This document shows, piece after piece, positions 18,321-27,183 of a stretch of DNA of 58,047 bases. Both the position numbers and the translations under genes were made by a program. A model generated the notes under the pieces. It was not told the origin of the DNA. It worked only from the letters and a program-made list of their open reading frames with translations, and made no database searches. This DNA is from Bifidobacterium breve (lineage in GTDB: Bacteria > Actinomycetota > Acidimicrobiia > Acidimicrobiales > Ilumatobacteraceae), in assembly GCA_945889715.1 (NCBI GenBank), contig CAMDCI010000001.1, forward strand, positions 1-58,047, read 5' to 3'. Positions within the stretch are counted from its first letter, which is position 1. The number at the start of each line of letters is the position of its first letter.

Positions 18321-19559
18321 ATGATTGATTTCACTTTGGCGCCAGAGCATGAAGCCATTCGCACGAAGGTGCGGGACTTTGTTGAGAATCACATCAAACC
18401 GGCGGTTGAGCCATTTGGTCACCGTGACGAGATGGATCCCGAAAAGCATCGACAGTATGTTGGCGAACTCATTCGTCTGCGTAAGTTGGCGGTCAAAGAA
18501 GGTCTGTGGTTGCCACATATGCCTAAAGAGTGGGGCGGTATGGGTCTTGGTCATGTGGCTTTAGCAATGGTTCAGGCCGAAGCCGCAAAGACCCGAGTGG
18601 GTCCGTGGGTGTTCAACTGTCAAGCTCCTGATGAAGGCAACATGCACACATTGGTGCATTGGGCAACGCCCGAACAAAAAGAAAAGTATCTCAAGCCATT
18701 GTGCGACGGTGTTTCGTCGTCATGCTTCGCCATGACCGAGCCCGAAGTTGCTGGATCAGATCCCACCTTGATTCGTACTCACGCAATTAAAGATGGTGAT
18801 GAATGGATTATTAACGGGCACAAGTGGTTTATTTCTGGTGCCAACAGCGCCAAGTTCGCGATTTTGATTGCACGAACTGAAATGGATGTGCCTGAAGGTT
18901 CACGCGGTGCCAACACCGCGTTCATCATTGATCTTCCTCAACTCGGTTGGAACAATGTGCGTGAAATTGAAACAATGCATGGACCAGGTGGTCACAGCGA
19001 GATCGTGATTGAAGACCTACGAGTTCATGACTCGCAAATTTTGGGTGGTCGTGGAAACGGACACCGCCTCGGTCAATACCGACTCGGACCGGCCCGTTTG
19101 GCGCACTGTATGCGCTGGATTGCTCAAGCAGAAACCGCTCTCGACATGATGGTTGATCGCTCATTGAAGCGTTACTCCCATGGATCATTCTTGGCGGAAA
19201 AGCAAGGTATCCAATGGATGATCGCTGATTCGGCAATGGAGATCTACCAATGCAAGCTGATGATTTTGCACGCGGCTTACAAGATCGATCGTGGAGATGA
19301 CTTCCGTACTGAAGTTTCGATGGCCAAGCATTTCGTGGCGAATAGCTTGAACCGCATCATTGACCGTGCAATTCAGGTGCACGGTGCTCTGGGTTATTCA
19401 ACCGATACGCCGTTGGCCAACATGATGCAGCATGCCCGTTGGGCACGTTTCGCCGATGGAGCAGACGAAATTCACCAGATGCGAATCGCTGAAAACACCA
19501 TCAAAGCTTTCACTGACCACGGCACGACGCGTACGGCGACTGGCGACTTGCCGCTCTGA
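18321..19559 (+). CDS. Acyl-CoA dehydrogenase family protein
   Basis: 412-aa ORF with CFAMTEPEVAGSD, INGHKWFISGA, and the C-terminal QVHGALGYS...IYEG-like region. Confidence 0.85.
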   Translation: MIDFTLAPEHEAIRTKVRDFVENHIKPAVEPFGHRDEMDPEKHRQYVGELIRLRKLAVKEGLWLPHMPKEWGGMGLGHVALAMVQAEAAKTRVGPWVFNCQAPDEGNMHTLVHWATPEQKEKYLKPLCDGVSSSCFAMTEPEVAGSDPTLIRTHAIKDGDEWIINGHKWFISGANSAKFAILIARTEMDVPEGSRGANTAFIIDLPQLGWNNVREIETMHGPGGHSEIVIEDLRVHDSQILGGRGNGHRLGQYRLGPARLAHCMRWIAQAETALDMMVDRSLKRYSHGSFLAEKQGIQWMIADSAMEIYQCKLMILHAAYKIDRGDDFRTEVSMAKHFVANSLNRIIDRAIQVHGALGYSTDTPLANMMQHARWARFADGADEIHQMRIAENTIKAFTDHGTTRTATGDLPL

Positions 19560-19562
19560 TAC

Positions 19563-21224
19563 CTAGTGATCAGTTGCTGGATTCGCAATTGACGCTGGAT
19601 TCGCAATTGATTTAGCCCAGCGATAGTCGGCTTTGCCAGATGGCGAACGGACGATGTGATCGACATATACGAAATCTTTCGGGAGTTTGTATCGGGCGAT
19701 ATGTTTGGCGGCTTCTTCAGTCAGATCTTGGTTTGTTGTTGGCGCACCAACGCGTAGCTGCACGATTGCCACAACTTCATTACCCCAACGTTCACTTGGT
19801 CGTCCGGTGACGACGCAATCCAACACTGCGGGGTGGGCTTTCACCGCCATTTCAACTTCTTCAGCAAAGATCTTTTCGCCACCCGAATTAATCGTCACCG
19901 AGTCACGTCCACGCAGGTCAACAAGTCCATCCGACGTCAGCACTGCTCGGTCTCCGGGAACGACGTAGCGAACTCCATTGATGACTGGGTAAGTCTTCGA
20001 AGTTTTCTCGGCGTCACCAAAATAGCCGAGAGCTAACCGACCGCTCTTAGCCAACCAACCTGCTTCGGGATGTCCAGATTCGGTGTGGCCTGGTTCAAGT
20101 ACCTCAGACAGATCTTCGGAAAGAACATGGTTATTCGGGGACAGCGGAAAGGTTCCAGTTGATGCCCCGCCAACGGCCGACATGTGCGTGAGTTGTCCAC
20201 CAGCTTCTGAAGAACCCAAACCATCGATGATCATGAGATGGGGCGCGAGTTGAAGCAATTCATTTTTGTAGTGGGCCGAGAGGGCTGCGCCACCAGAAAT
20301 GACGACCGTCAAACTCGAGATGTCGTATGTGCGAGCCTTGAGTTGATCAATCAGGGGTCGGGCAAAGGCATCGCCGACGATTAAGAGAAAATCAATCTTT
20401 TCCTGCTCAACCATTGACCAAATGTCATGGGCATCCAAGCGTTCAGGAATCGACGGTACGAAGACGGTGCCGCCAGCGTTCCAACTACCGAACGCCACCC
20501 AATGTCCTGCACCGTGCATAAACGGAGGAGCGACGAGCGCCAAACGCCCCTTAGTTTCGGCTACAAAATCTTCAATCGTCTGCGCAAGGCGTGAGCCGCC
20601 GAAGCACTCCACTAGTGCGTCGCCTTGGCGCCACATGACACCTTTAGGCATACCGGTGGTTCCGCCGGTGTACAAGATGTACAGATCATCTGGACTCGCT
20701 GGTGATGGCTCATCATCGCGCGAACTTTCGAGAGCGTCCTCGTACCAAATCGCGCCAGGCAACAGTGCGTTGTTCGACTCGTCTTGAACCTGCAGCAAAA
20801 GAGTCAATTGCGGTGCGTCGGCAAGTACGGATTCGAGAGTAGGTGCAAATATTGAATGGAAAACAATAACTGAAGCGGCTGAATCGTGGAGCAGATAGGT
20901 CAATTCTTCGGCGACATATCGATAGTTCACATTGAAGGGGGCTACGCGCCCCTTGAAGGCCCCGAGCATGCATTCAAGGTATTCATTCCCGTTGTGTAGA
21001 TAAATGGCGAGATGATCTTGGCCACTTTCTTGTTGAGCGAGTTGACTTCGTTCGGTATGACATCCATAGCCGCGATCGTTGAGAAAATTCGCCAGTCGAC
21101 GAGTTCTTTCAGTGACTTCTTGCCAGGTTAAACGTCGGTCCCGGAAGACTAAGCAATCTTCATCAGGTCTCGATTTGGCGATGGCTTCGTGGATTTCTCC
21201 CACAGTGAATTGCTGCACCGCCAA
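19563..21224 (-). CDS. Acyl-CoA synthetase / AMP-dependent ligase (FadD-like)
   Basis: 553-aa ORF with YTGGTTGMPKGV, GSSEAG, and SPSGKADYRW motifs. TTG start. The C-terminal SIANPASIANPA comes from an 18-bp tandem duplication. Confidence 0.8.
   Translation of the reverse strand: MAVQQFTVGEIHEAIAKSRPDEDCLVFRDRRLTWQEVTERTRRLANFLNDRGYGCHTERSQLAQQESGQDHLAIYLHNGNEYLECMLGAFKGRVAPFNVNYRYVAEELTYLLHDSAASVIVFHSIFAPTLESVLADAPQLTLLLQVQDESNNALLPGAIWYEDALESSRDDEPSPASPDDLYILYTGGTTGMPKGVMWRQGDALVECFGGSRLAQTIEDFVAETKGRLALVAPPFMHGAGHWVAFGSWNAGGTVFVPSIPERLDAHDIWSMVEQEKIDFLLIVGDAFARPLIDQLKARTYDISSLTVVISGGAALSAHYKNELLQLAPHLMIIDGLGSSEAGGQLTHMSAVGGASTGTFPLSPNNHVLSEDLSEVLEPGHTESGHPEAGWLAKSGRLALGYFGDAEKTSKTYPVINGVRYVVPGDRAVLTSDGLVDLRGRDSVTINSGGEKIFAEEVEMAVKAHPAVLDCVVTGRPSERWGNEVVAIVQLRVGAPTTNQDLTEEAAKHIARYKLPKDFVYVDHIVRSPSGKADYRWAKSIANPASIANPATDH
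19576..19611. repeat. Tandem 18-bp duplication inside the 3' end of the acyl-CoA synthetase gene
   Basis: GCTGGATTCGCAATTGAC is followed by GCTGGATTCGCAATTGAT. On the minus strand this encodes the duplicated (S)IANPA hexapeptide. Confidence 0.9.
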
Positions 21225-21291
21225 AACTTAGGGTGTATGCCAGTCCGATTACGAGTCAAGGTGGAGCCTTTAGGTCGCTATCGTCTATGAA

Positions 21292-22290
21292 GTGAATCGA
21301 GATCAATCGCCGGTTACTGGCAAGTCACCACATGGAGTTGTTTTTGGGGTCTTTATCCCTCAGGGCTGGAAATTGGAATTGGCATCAATTTCTGAACCAG
21401 TTGATAAATGGAACAAGACCGTCGAGATAGCAGTTCTCGCTGACGAGTTGGGGTTCGATTCACTGTGGGTGTACGACCACTTCCACAATGTGCCGCGACC
21501 GGCTCACGAAACAGTTTTTGAATGTTGGTCAACTATCGCAGCGATCAGTCAGCGAACCTCACGAATTCGTTTAGGACAAATGGTTGGTTGCAATAGTTAC
21601 CGCAATCCTGGATTGCTCGCCAAGATCACTTCGACGATCGATGTGATTTCTGGCGGCCGTTTGGAATGGGGTATCGGCGCTGGATGGTATGAAAATGAAT
21701 ACCGGGCCTATGGGTATGAGTTCCCAAAACCTAAGGATCGCATTGGCATGTTGCGGGAAAGCGTTGAAATCGTTCGCAGCATGTGGACCGAGTCAGAAAC
21801 GACCTATAAGGGCAAGCACTACGAGGTCTTCCGGGCGAATTGCGATCCTAAGCCGTTACAGAAACCCACCCCACCAATTTGGATTGGCGGCGGCGGCGAA
21901 CAGTTGACTTTGCGAGTCGTTGCACAATTGGCCGACTGTTCGAACTTTGGTGGGACTCCAGAAGAATGGGCGCGCAAGCGGGAAACTTTGCTCGGTCATT
22001 GCCAGGTTGTCAAACGAGATCCCAATGAAATTCGCATGACATGGTCGCCAGAATTATTCATTCGCGAAACAGAGCGAGAGCTCATTGAGCAAGCGCCTCA
22101 GCGAATGTCCGACGAATCGTTCGAAGATTGGCGCCATGGAAATTTGGTCGGAACGCCTGATGAGGTCTCAGAAAAGATTGCGACATATCTGAAAATTGGT
22201 TGCAGCGGATTTATTCCATGGAGCGCTGACTACCCATCCACCGAATCAATTGAGTTATTTGCCAAAAAGGTAATGGCGAACTTCAAGTAA
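21292..22290 (+). CDS. LLM class F420-dependent-type oxidoreductase
   Basis: 332-aa ORF with FDSLWVYDH and IDVISGGRLEWGIGAGW LLM motifs. GTG start. Confidence 0.8.
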   Translation: MNRDQSPVTGKSPHGVVFGVFIPQGWKLELASISEPVDKWNKTVEIAVLADELGFDSLWVYDHFHNVPRPAHETVFECWSTIAAISQRTSRIRLGQMVGCNSYRNPGLLAKITSTIDVISGGRLEWGIGAGWYENEYRAYGYEFPKPKDRIGMLRESVEIVRSMWTESETTYKGKHYEVFRANCDPKPLQKPTPPIWIGGGGEQLTLRVVAQLADCSNFGGTPEEWARKRETLLGHCQVVKRDPNEIRMTWSPELFIRETERELIEQAPQRMSDESFEDWRHGNLVGTPDEVSEKIATYLKIGCSGFIPWSADYPSTESIELFAKKVMANFK

Positions 22291-22300
22291 ATTCCTGGAA

Positions 22301-22759
22301 TCAGATATAGGAACGGAAAATAATTTCAGCAACGCACGACGGCTTGCTTGCGCCCTGGCATTCGAAGGTGAATTCCATTGTCATCTGAACTCCGTTGGCG
22401 ATCTCTTCAACTTCGAGCAGTTTGACACCGAGACGAATCTTTGAGCCAACCGGAACGGGAGAAGGAAAACGGATTTTGTTGGCTCCGTAATTCACACCCA
22501 TCGAGAAACCTTCAATGCGCACGACGGTGGGGTACAACATCGGTCCGAGGGACAGAGTCAAATAGCCGTGGGCAATGGGGCCGCCGAATGGTCCGCTCTT
22601 GGCACGTTCGACGTCAACGTGGATCCACTGGTGGTCTCCGGTCGCTTCGGCAAACTGATTGACGCGCTCTTGGCTGACGTCGAAATACTCGCTATATCCG
22701 AGGTGTTCGCCAATAGCTGCTTTGAGTCCATCGACTCCGGTAATCACTCGTGCGGTCAT
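22301..22759 (-). CDS. MaoC-family (R)-specific enoyl-CoA hydratase/dehydratase
   Basis: 152-aa hotdog protein with FAEATGDHQWIHVDVERA and IAHGYLTLSL motifs. Confidence 0.8.
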   Translation of the reverse strand: MTARVITGVDGLKAAIGEHLGYSEYFDVSQERVNQFAEATGDHQWIHVDVERAKSGPFGGPIAHGYLTLSLGPMLYPTVVRIEGFSMGVNYGANKIRFPSPVPVGSKIRLGVKLLEVEEIANGVQMTMEFTFECQGASKPSCVAEIIFRSYI

Positions 22760-22789
22760 ACCTTCACCCTAGTCAACAACGTTGATCGG

Positions 22790-23236
22790 CTACGAGTACC
22801 AGAGTCGTTGGTGTTCGCGACTCTGCGGATGTAGCAAAAGTCCGCAGAGAGCGGCTTCGAAGATAAAGCCGATGGTGTCGTTGCCGGTGATTTTGTCGAT
22901 CGCGCTGAATCCTGGGTACGACCACAAAACCCAGATACGGAGTGCAAAGGGCGAAAAGGCGGCTACGAGTGCGAGCTTGTAGCCGATCTTGCGATCGTTA
23001 GCCATCAAGAAGCCACCCCCAATAAAAGACCCGACGACGAGAATTCCGATCAGGGTGCCGAAAGCGCCTTTGTCGACGCGGGCGTAACCAATCCAGTCGC
23101 GATTATCCATGAAACTAATCAGCGCGAAGAATCCGTTCAGATACAAAAGCCACGTGGCGATCTGCATGGTTTGTGGTTGCATACGGTCGAACCATTTGCG
23201 AGGGTTTAACTGCTGGTGCTGTCGGCGCTTATTCAT
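22790..23236 (-). CDS. Hypothetical integral membrane protein
   Basis: 148-aa ORF with about four hydrophobic segments. I recognised no family motif. Confidence 0.45.
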   Translation of the reverse strand: MNKRRQHQQLNPRKWFDRMQPQTMQIATWLLYLNGFFALISFMDNRDWIGYARVDKGAFGTLIGILVVGSFIGGGFLMANDRKIGYKLALVAAFSPFALRIWVLWSYPGFSAIDKITGNDTIGFIFEAALCGLLLHPQSREHQRLWYS

Positions 23237-23318
23237 GTGTCAAGAGTGCCACATATCAAAGGTTGGTTGCGATCTATGTCGGATAGTTGCCCAGATAGGG
23301 CGGTAGGGTACGCAGTGA

Positions 23319-24158
23319 ATGCGCTCTGGATTTGTCACTTTGGTTGGTCGACCCAACGTCGGTAAGTCGACCTTGGTTAATGCGATTTGTGGCAAGAAGA
23401 TTTCCATTGTTTCGGACAAGCCACAAACAACCCGCCGCCAAGTCCGCGGAATTTTGACTCGCCCCGATAGCCAAATCGTTTTTGTTGACACACCAGGTCT
23501 GCACAAGCCGGTGAGTGCCTTGGGCGAACGGGTGAATGCTGCAGCAATCGGAAGTATTAGTGACGTCGATGTTGCATGTTTGGTGCTCGACGCAACAATG
23601 CCATTTGGATCAGGAGATCAATGGGTTGCAGATCGTCTCGACCTCTCTAAGACCATCGTGATCGTTAATAAAACCGATGTCGCCAGCAAGAAGCAAGTGG
23701 TGAATCATCTCATCGCGTCATCTGGTCTTGACGCACTTGCATATTTTCCGATTTCAGCAAAGTCTGGTCACGGAGTCGCCGACCTAGTTGCGCACATTCT
23801 TGAGCGTATGCCTGAAGGCCCGATGTACTACCCAGATGATGTCGTCAGCGATCTTCCCGAAGCTGATTTCGTCGCAGAGTTGGTGCGCGAACAACTACTT
23901 GCTGCAACTCATGATGAATTGCCGTATTCAATTGCCACAGTTGTGACTGAATGGGAGTGGCCACGCATTCGCTGCGAGATCATTGTTGAGCGTGAAAGTC
24001 AAAAGGGAATGGTCATCGGCAAGGGTGGCGCAGTACTCAAGATGGTCGGCACTGCAGTTCGCCAGCAATTACCACCCGGCGTTTTCATTGAACTTCATGT
24101 CAAAGTTGATAAAGACTGGCAACGCAAACCTGATCGCGTTGAACGCCTCGGCTACTAA
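23319..24158 (+). CDS. era: GTPase Era
   Basis: 279-aa ORF with G1 GRPNVGKSTL, G3 DTPG, G4 NKTD, and a C-terminal KH domain (VERESQKGMVIGKGG). Confidence 0.9.
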   Translation: MRSGFVTLVGRPNVGKSTLVNAICGKKISIVSDKPQTTRRQVRGILTRPDSQIVFVDTPGLHKPVSALGERVNAAAIGSISDVDVACLVLDATMPFGSGDQWVADRLDLSKTIVIVNKTDVASKKQVVNHLIASSGLDALAYFPISAKSGHGVADLVAHILERMPEGPMYYPDDVVSDLPEADFVAELVREQLLAATHDELPYSIATVVTEWEWPRIRCEIIVERESQKGMVIGKGGAVLKMVGTAVRQQLPPGVFIELHVKVDKDWQRKPDRVERLGY

Positions 24159-24170
24159 TTCGCTGAGCCG

Positions 24171-24830
24171 TCAGCATGAAAAATTGCTGGGAAGAAGATT
24201 TGCGTAATCGTCGCAGGCAACGGTTGCGCCTGGTGTCGTTAAGTCTCCGCGACCACGTGGAACTGCCTGTGGCTCGTTGTTGCTAGTGAAACGAACCTGA
24301 CCGACACCCGATTGCCGAGTCAAAGTTAAAACGATCTGAGCGATGGCTAGCCGTTGTTCACCACCTGGAAGATCGGTGATGAAGGTTCCGGGAAGAACTA
24401 CCGTTGCGACACCCCGTTCGACGGTGACTTCTGCGGCAAATCCGATTGGCAAAGCGCTTCGCAAACCAGCGGCGGCGTCGCCTTCGGGCGGTCCCTCTGA
24501 AAGAGCAGCCAAAACCTGAGGAGCAGCCGCTGGACTGAGTAGCAGGCGATCAATCGGTACGACCTGAGTGCCGGCAACAAAAAACATGCTCACAATTTCT
24601 ACTGGAATTGTTGATGAACTTGTTGATGTTGTCGTTTCAACTACCGGTGTTGTTGTAGTGCTGGCGGGCACTGTTGTCGGAGGTGAACTTGTGGTCGTGG
24701 CATTGAGTTCGTACGGAATCTTGTCGGCGTCAATCTGTTTAACGGATCCGTCACCAGGTATTGAACAACTTGTCACGATTATCCCTATTGCTGTAAGGGT
24801 TCCAGCGAGATTCAGCAAAGTTCGTTTCAT
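24171..24830 (-). CDS. GerMN-domain lipoprotein (short LpqB-like)
   Basis: 219-aa ORF with a signal peptide and lipobox (IIVTSCS), a Thr/Ser/Pro-rich linker, and a GerMN-like domain (VSMFFVAG...LSEGPP). The start overlaps the kinase stop (ATGA). Confidence 0.6.
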   Translation of the reverse strand: MKRTLLNLAGTLTAIGIIVTSCSIPGDGSVKQIDADKIPYELNATTTSSPPTTVPASTTTTPVVETTTSTSSSTIPVEIVSMFFVAGTQVVPIDRLLLSPAAAPQVLAALSEGPPEGDAAAGLRSALPIGFAAEVTVERGVATVVLPGTFITDLPGGEQRLAIAQIVLTLTRQSGVGQVRFTSNNEPQAVPRGRGDLTTPGATVACDDYANLLPSNFSC

Positions 24831-26263
24831 GACTTCTCTCCCGGAAATTCAATAACGAATCGTGCTCCACCCGTAGTGGCATCTTCAACCCATGCCGAAC
24901 CACCGTGAGCTCGCGCATGCTCGGCAACTAATGCCAACCCGAGTCCGGTACCGCCGGAGCGACCCCGACCTGCAGATCCACGGGCGAAACGTTCAAAGAT
25001 ACTTACGCGCTCGCTTTGCGCGACTCCTGGGCCCGAATCTTCGACAGAGACTCTGGTGCTCCCGTCGCGTTGATTTTCTATTTCAACCAACGAAACTCCG
25101 CCTCCGTGTAACCGCGCATTCTCTAAGAGGTTGGCCATAATTCTTTCAAAGCGGCGTTTGTCAATTTTAATAAAACTGTCGGAACCTTGGCTAACAATGA
25201 CACGAATATCGTCAACCCCATAACGCGATGCAATCCGGCGGATAAACGGAACGATGTCAATTTCTTCTTGATTGATCTCAGAAATTCCCGCATCAAGTCG
25301 GGAAAGTTCTAGGAGGTCAAGAACCATTTGATCAAAACGTCGAATTTGTGAGACGACGACGTCGAGGGCTTGTTGAGTACGGTCGGACAAATCTGCGCGG
25401 CGCGCATCTAAAACTTCTACCGCTGCTGCTAGGGCAGTAATTGGTGATCGCAACTCGTGGCTGACATCAGACGCAAAACGAACTTCACGCTCAATGCGGG
25501 CTTGGACAGCGTCGGCCATGTCGTTAAATGACGACACGAGACGCGACAGGTCGGGATCATTTTCTTGTTCAAGGCGAGTGTCGAGTCCTCCTTCGGCGAT
25601 TTCGCTGGCGGCTTCGCTGACTCGTTCTAACGGGCGCATGAGGCGACGACTCACCCAAAGTCCAACTAATGATGACAGTGAACCGACGACAACGATTCCG
25701 AGCAGGAGAGTTGAGCCGATAATTGTCAAAGTTCGTTCTTCGTCAGTTAATGGAAATGCTTCGAAATATTGCGCGTTAATTTCGTTAATTGAGACGCCAA
25801 CAGCGATGAAAGGTTCGCCGTCGATCGAGAAACGCTGGCGTGAGGTAATTCCCTGCAGCGTCGAGGCGACTAATTCTGGTGGCAGCAGAATCTGAGTGTG
25901 AAGAATGTCTTGGGAAAAGTAGAGGTCTTCTGGTGACACATGCAAGATCGCGAATCCGTTCGATTCGGTGCGAACCCCAGAAATTAATTCAAAGGCTTCA
26001 GTTCGTCGAGTACGCAATTGGGTACGGATCAACTGAGCGTTATTGAAGGCCTGACGTTCAACAATCTCGTCACGCCGTTGAAGAAGGTAGGTCCGTGCCG
26101 TGAGATAACTCGCTCCTGAAAGCAGTAGAGCAGCAACAAGACCAGTCATCAAGAACAACAGAGTCACGCGGCTACGCAAACTCAGGTGACGGGCTCGGTC
26201 GGCTAAACGCACCCATGTATCTTGCCCGATTGGCGAGCCGATATGTGGGGCGAGATGTGACAT
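24827..26263 (-). CDS. HAMP-domain sensor histidine kinase (MtrB-like)
   Basis: 478-aa ORF with two TM segments, a HAMP domain, the H-box FASDVSHELRSPIT, the N-box, and G-boxes (DSGPGV; GGTGLGLA). Confidence 0.85.
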   Translation of the reverse strand: MSHLAPHIGSPIGQDTWVRLADRARHLSLRSRVTLLFLMTGLVAALLLSGASYLTARTYLLQRRDEIVERQAFNNAQLIRTQLRTRRTEAFELISGVRTESNGFAILHVSPEDLYFSQDILHTQILLPPELVASTLQGITSRQRFSIDGEPFIAVGVSINEINAQYFEAFPLTDEERTLTIIGSTLLLGIVVVGSLSSLVGLWVSRRLMRPLERVSEAASEIAEGGLDTRLEQENDPDLSRLVSSFNDMADAVQARIEREVRFASDVSHELRSPITALAAAVEVLDARRADLSDRTQQALDVVVSQIRRFDQMVLDLLELSRLDAGISEINQEEIDIVPFIRRIASRYGVDDIRVIVSQGSDSFIKIDKRRFERIMANLLENARLHGGGVSLVEIENQRDGSTRVSVEDSGPGVAQSERVSIFERFARGSAGRGRSGGTGLGLALVAEHARAHGGSAWVEDATTGGARFVIEFPGEKS

Positions 26264-26278
26264 GGCGGTGAGTCAATG

Positions 26279-26323
26279 AAACAGAAAACGCCCGACTCGG
26301 ACAATATGTCAGCGAGTCGGGCG
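26279..26323 (-). terminator. Intrinsic-terminator-like hairpin plus U-tract on the minus strand, 15 nt upstream of the histidine kinase start codon
   Basis: On the minus strand it reads CGCCCGACTC-(15-nt loop)-GAGTCGGGCG followed by TTTTCTGTTT. It has no U-tract on the plus strand. Confidence 0.5.
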
Positions 26324-26395
26324 AAGAGTGGGTTCCGCTGGCCGGGGGAGATCAGGGGGAGGACGACCTCCACCGAACCAGCGTGAACAGTTATG
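26279..26395 (-). ncRNA. Candidate C-rich small RNA or 5' leader/attenuator (6C-RNA-like composition) ending in the terminator above
   Basis: The minus strand reads CGCTGGTTCGGTGGAGGTCGTCCTCCCCCTGATCTCCCCCGGCCAGCG. It has a CGCTGG/CCAGCG outer stem, and GGAGG can pair with either of two CCUCC(CC) tracts. The terminator follows. No ORF is present. The 5' end is unknown. Confidence 0.3.
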
Positions 26396-26480
26396 AGTTT
26401 CTCGGGCGTATGTGATGGGACCGTGTGAATAGTGTGCGTTTTGTGTAACAAAGTGGAAAACTGGGCAAGACTGTCACCTA

Positions 26481-27173
26481 GTGAATTCTCTGCTGTTTAT
26501 CGAAGATGACGATCAGATCCGCCTGGCCTTACGCCTTGTTCTTGAGGACGAGGGTTACGAGGTTCGAGAGGCCGCTGATGGGCGGTCGGGATTGGCCGCT
26601 TTTCATGCTCTTGAACCAGATCTTGTTCTGCTGGATATTCGGTTGCCGGACATGTCGGGCTTTGATGTATGTCGCGCCCTGCGGGCGATGTCGATTGTTC
26701 CCATTGTGATGGTCACAGCTCAAACTGACACGCAAGACATGGTGACTGGATTAGAAGCGGGTGCTGATGACTACGTCACTAAGCCTGTGGTTCCTAAAGA
26801 ACTTGCGGCGCGGGTGCGGGCTCATTTACGGCGGGCTCAACTACAAAATCTTTCACCGGGAGAGTCTCAAAGTGAGATTCTGGGTGACATCGATTTGCGT
26901 CGTGGGCAAGGCTTGGTGTTCAAGAACGGCCAAGAAATTTCGCTGACAAAAACCGAGTTCAACTTGTTGTGTGAATTCGCTGATCATCCCAATGTCGTTC
27001 TGTCGCGAGATCAATTGCTTGAACGGGTGTGGGGTTACGACTATCTAGGAGATAGTCGGCTTGTAGATGCCCACGTTCGACGCTTACGAGTCAAAATTGA
27101 GGATCAGCCCGATGACCCGAAATTGATTCTGACCGTTCGTGGCATTGGCTACCGACTCATGCCGGTCAACTAG
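26481..27173 (+). CDS. OmpR/PhoB-type response regulator (MtrA-like)
   Basis: 230-aa ORF with a REC domain (LLFIEDDD...DLVLLDIRLPDMSG) and a winged-helix domain (LTKTEFNLL...TVRGIGYRL). GTG start. Confidence 0.9.
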   Translation: MNSLLFIEDDDQIRLALRLVLEDEGYEVREAADGRSGLAAFHALEPDLVLLDIRLPDMSGFDVCRALRAMSIVPIVMVTAQTDTQDMVTGLEAGADDYVTKPVVPKELAARVRAHLRRAQLQNLSPGESQSEILGDIDLRRGQGLVFKNGQEISLTKTEFNLLCEFADHPNVVLSRDQLLERVWGYDYLGDSRLVDAHVRRLRVKIEDQPDDPKLILTVRGIGYRLMPVN

Positions 27174-27183
27174 CGAGCAAATT

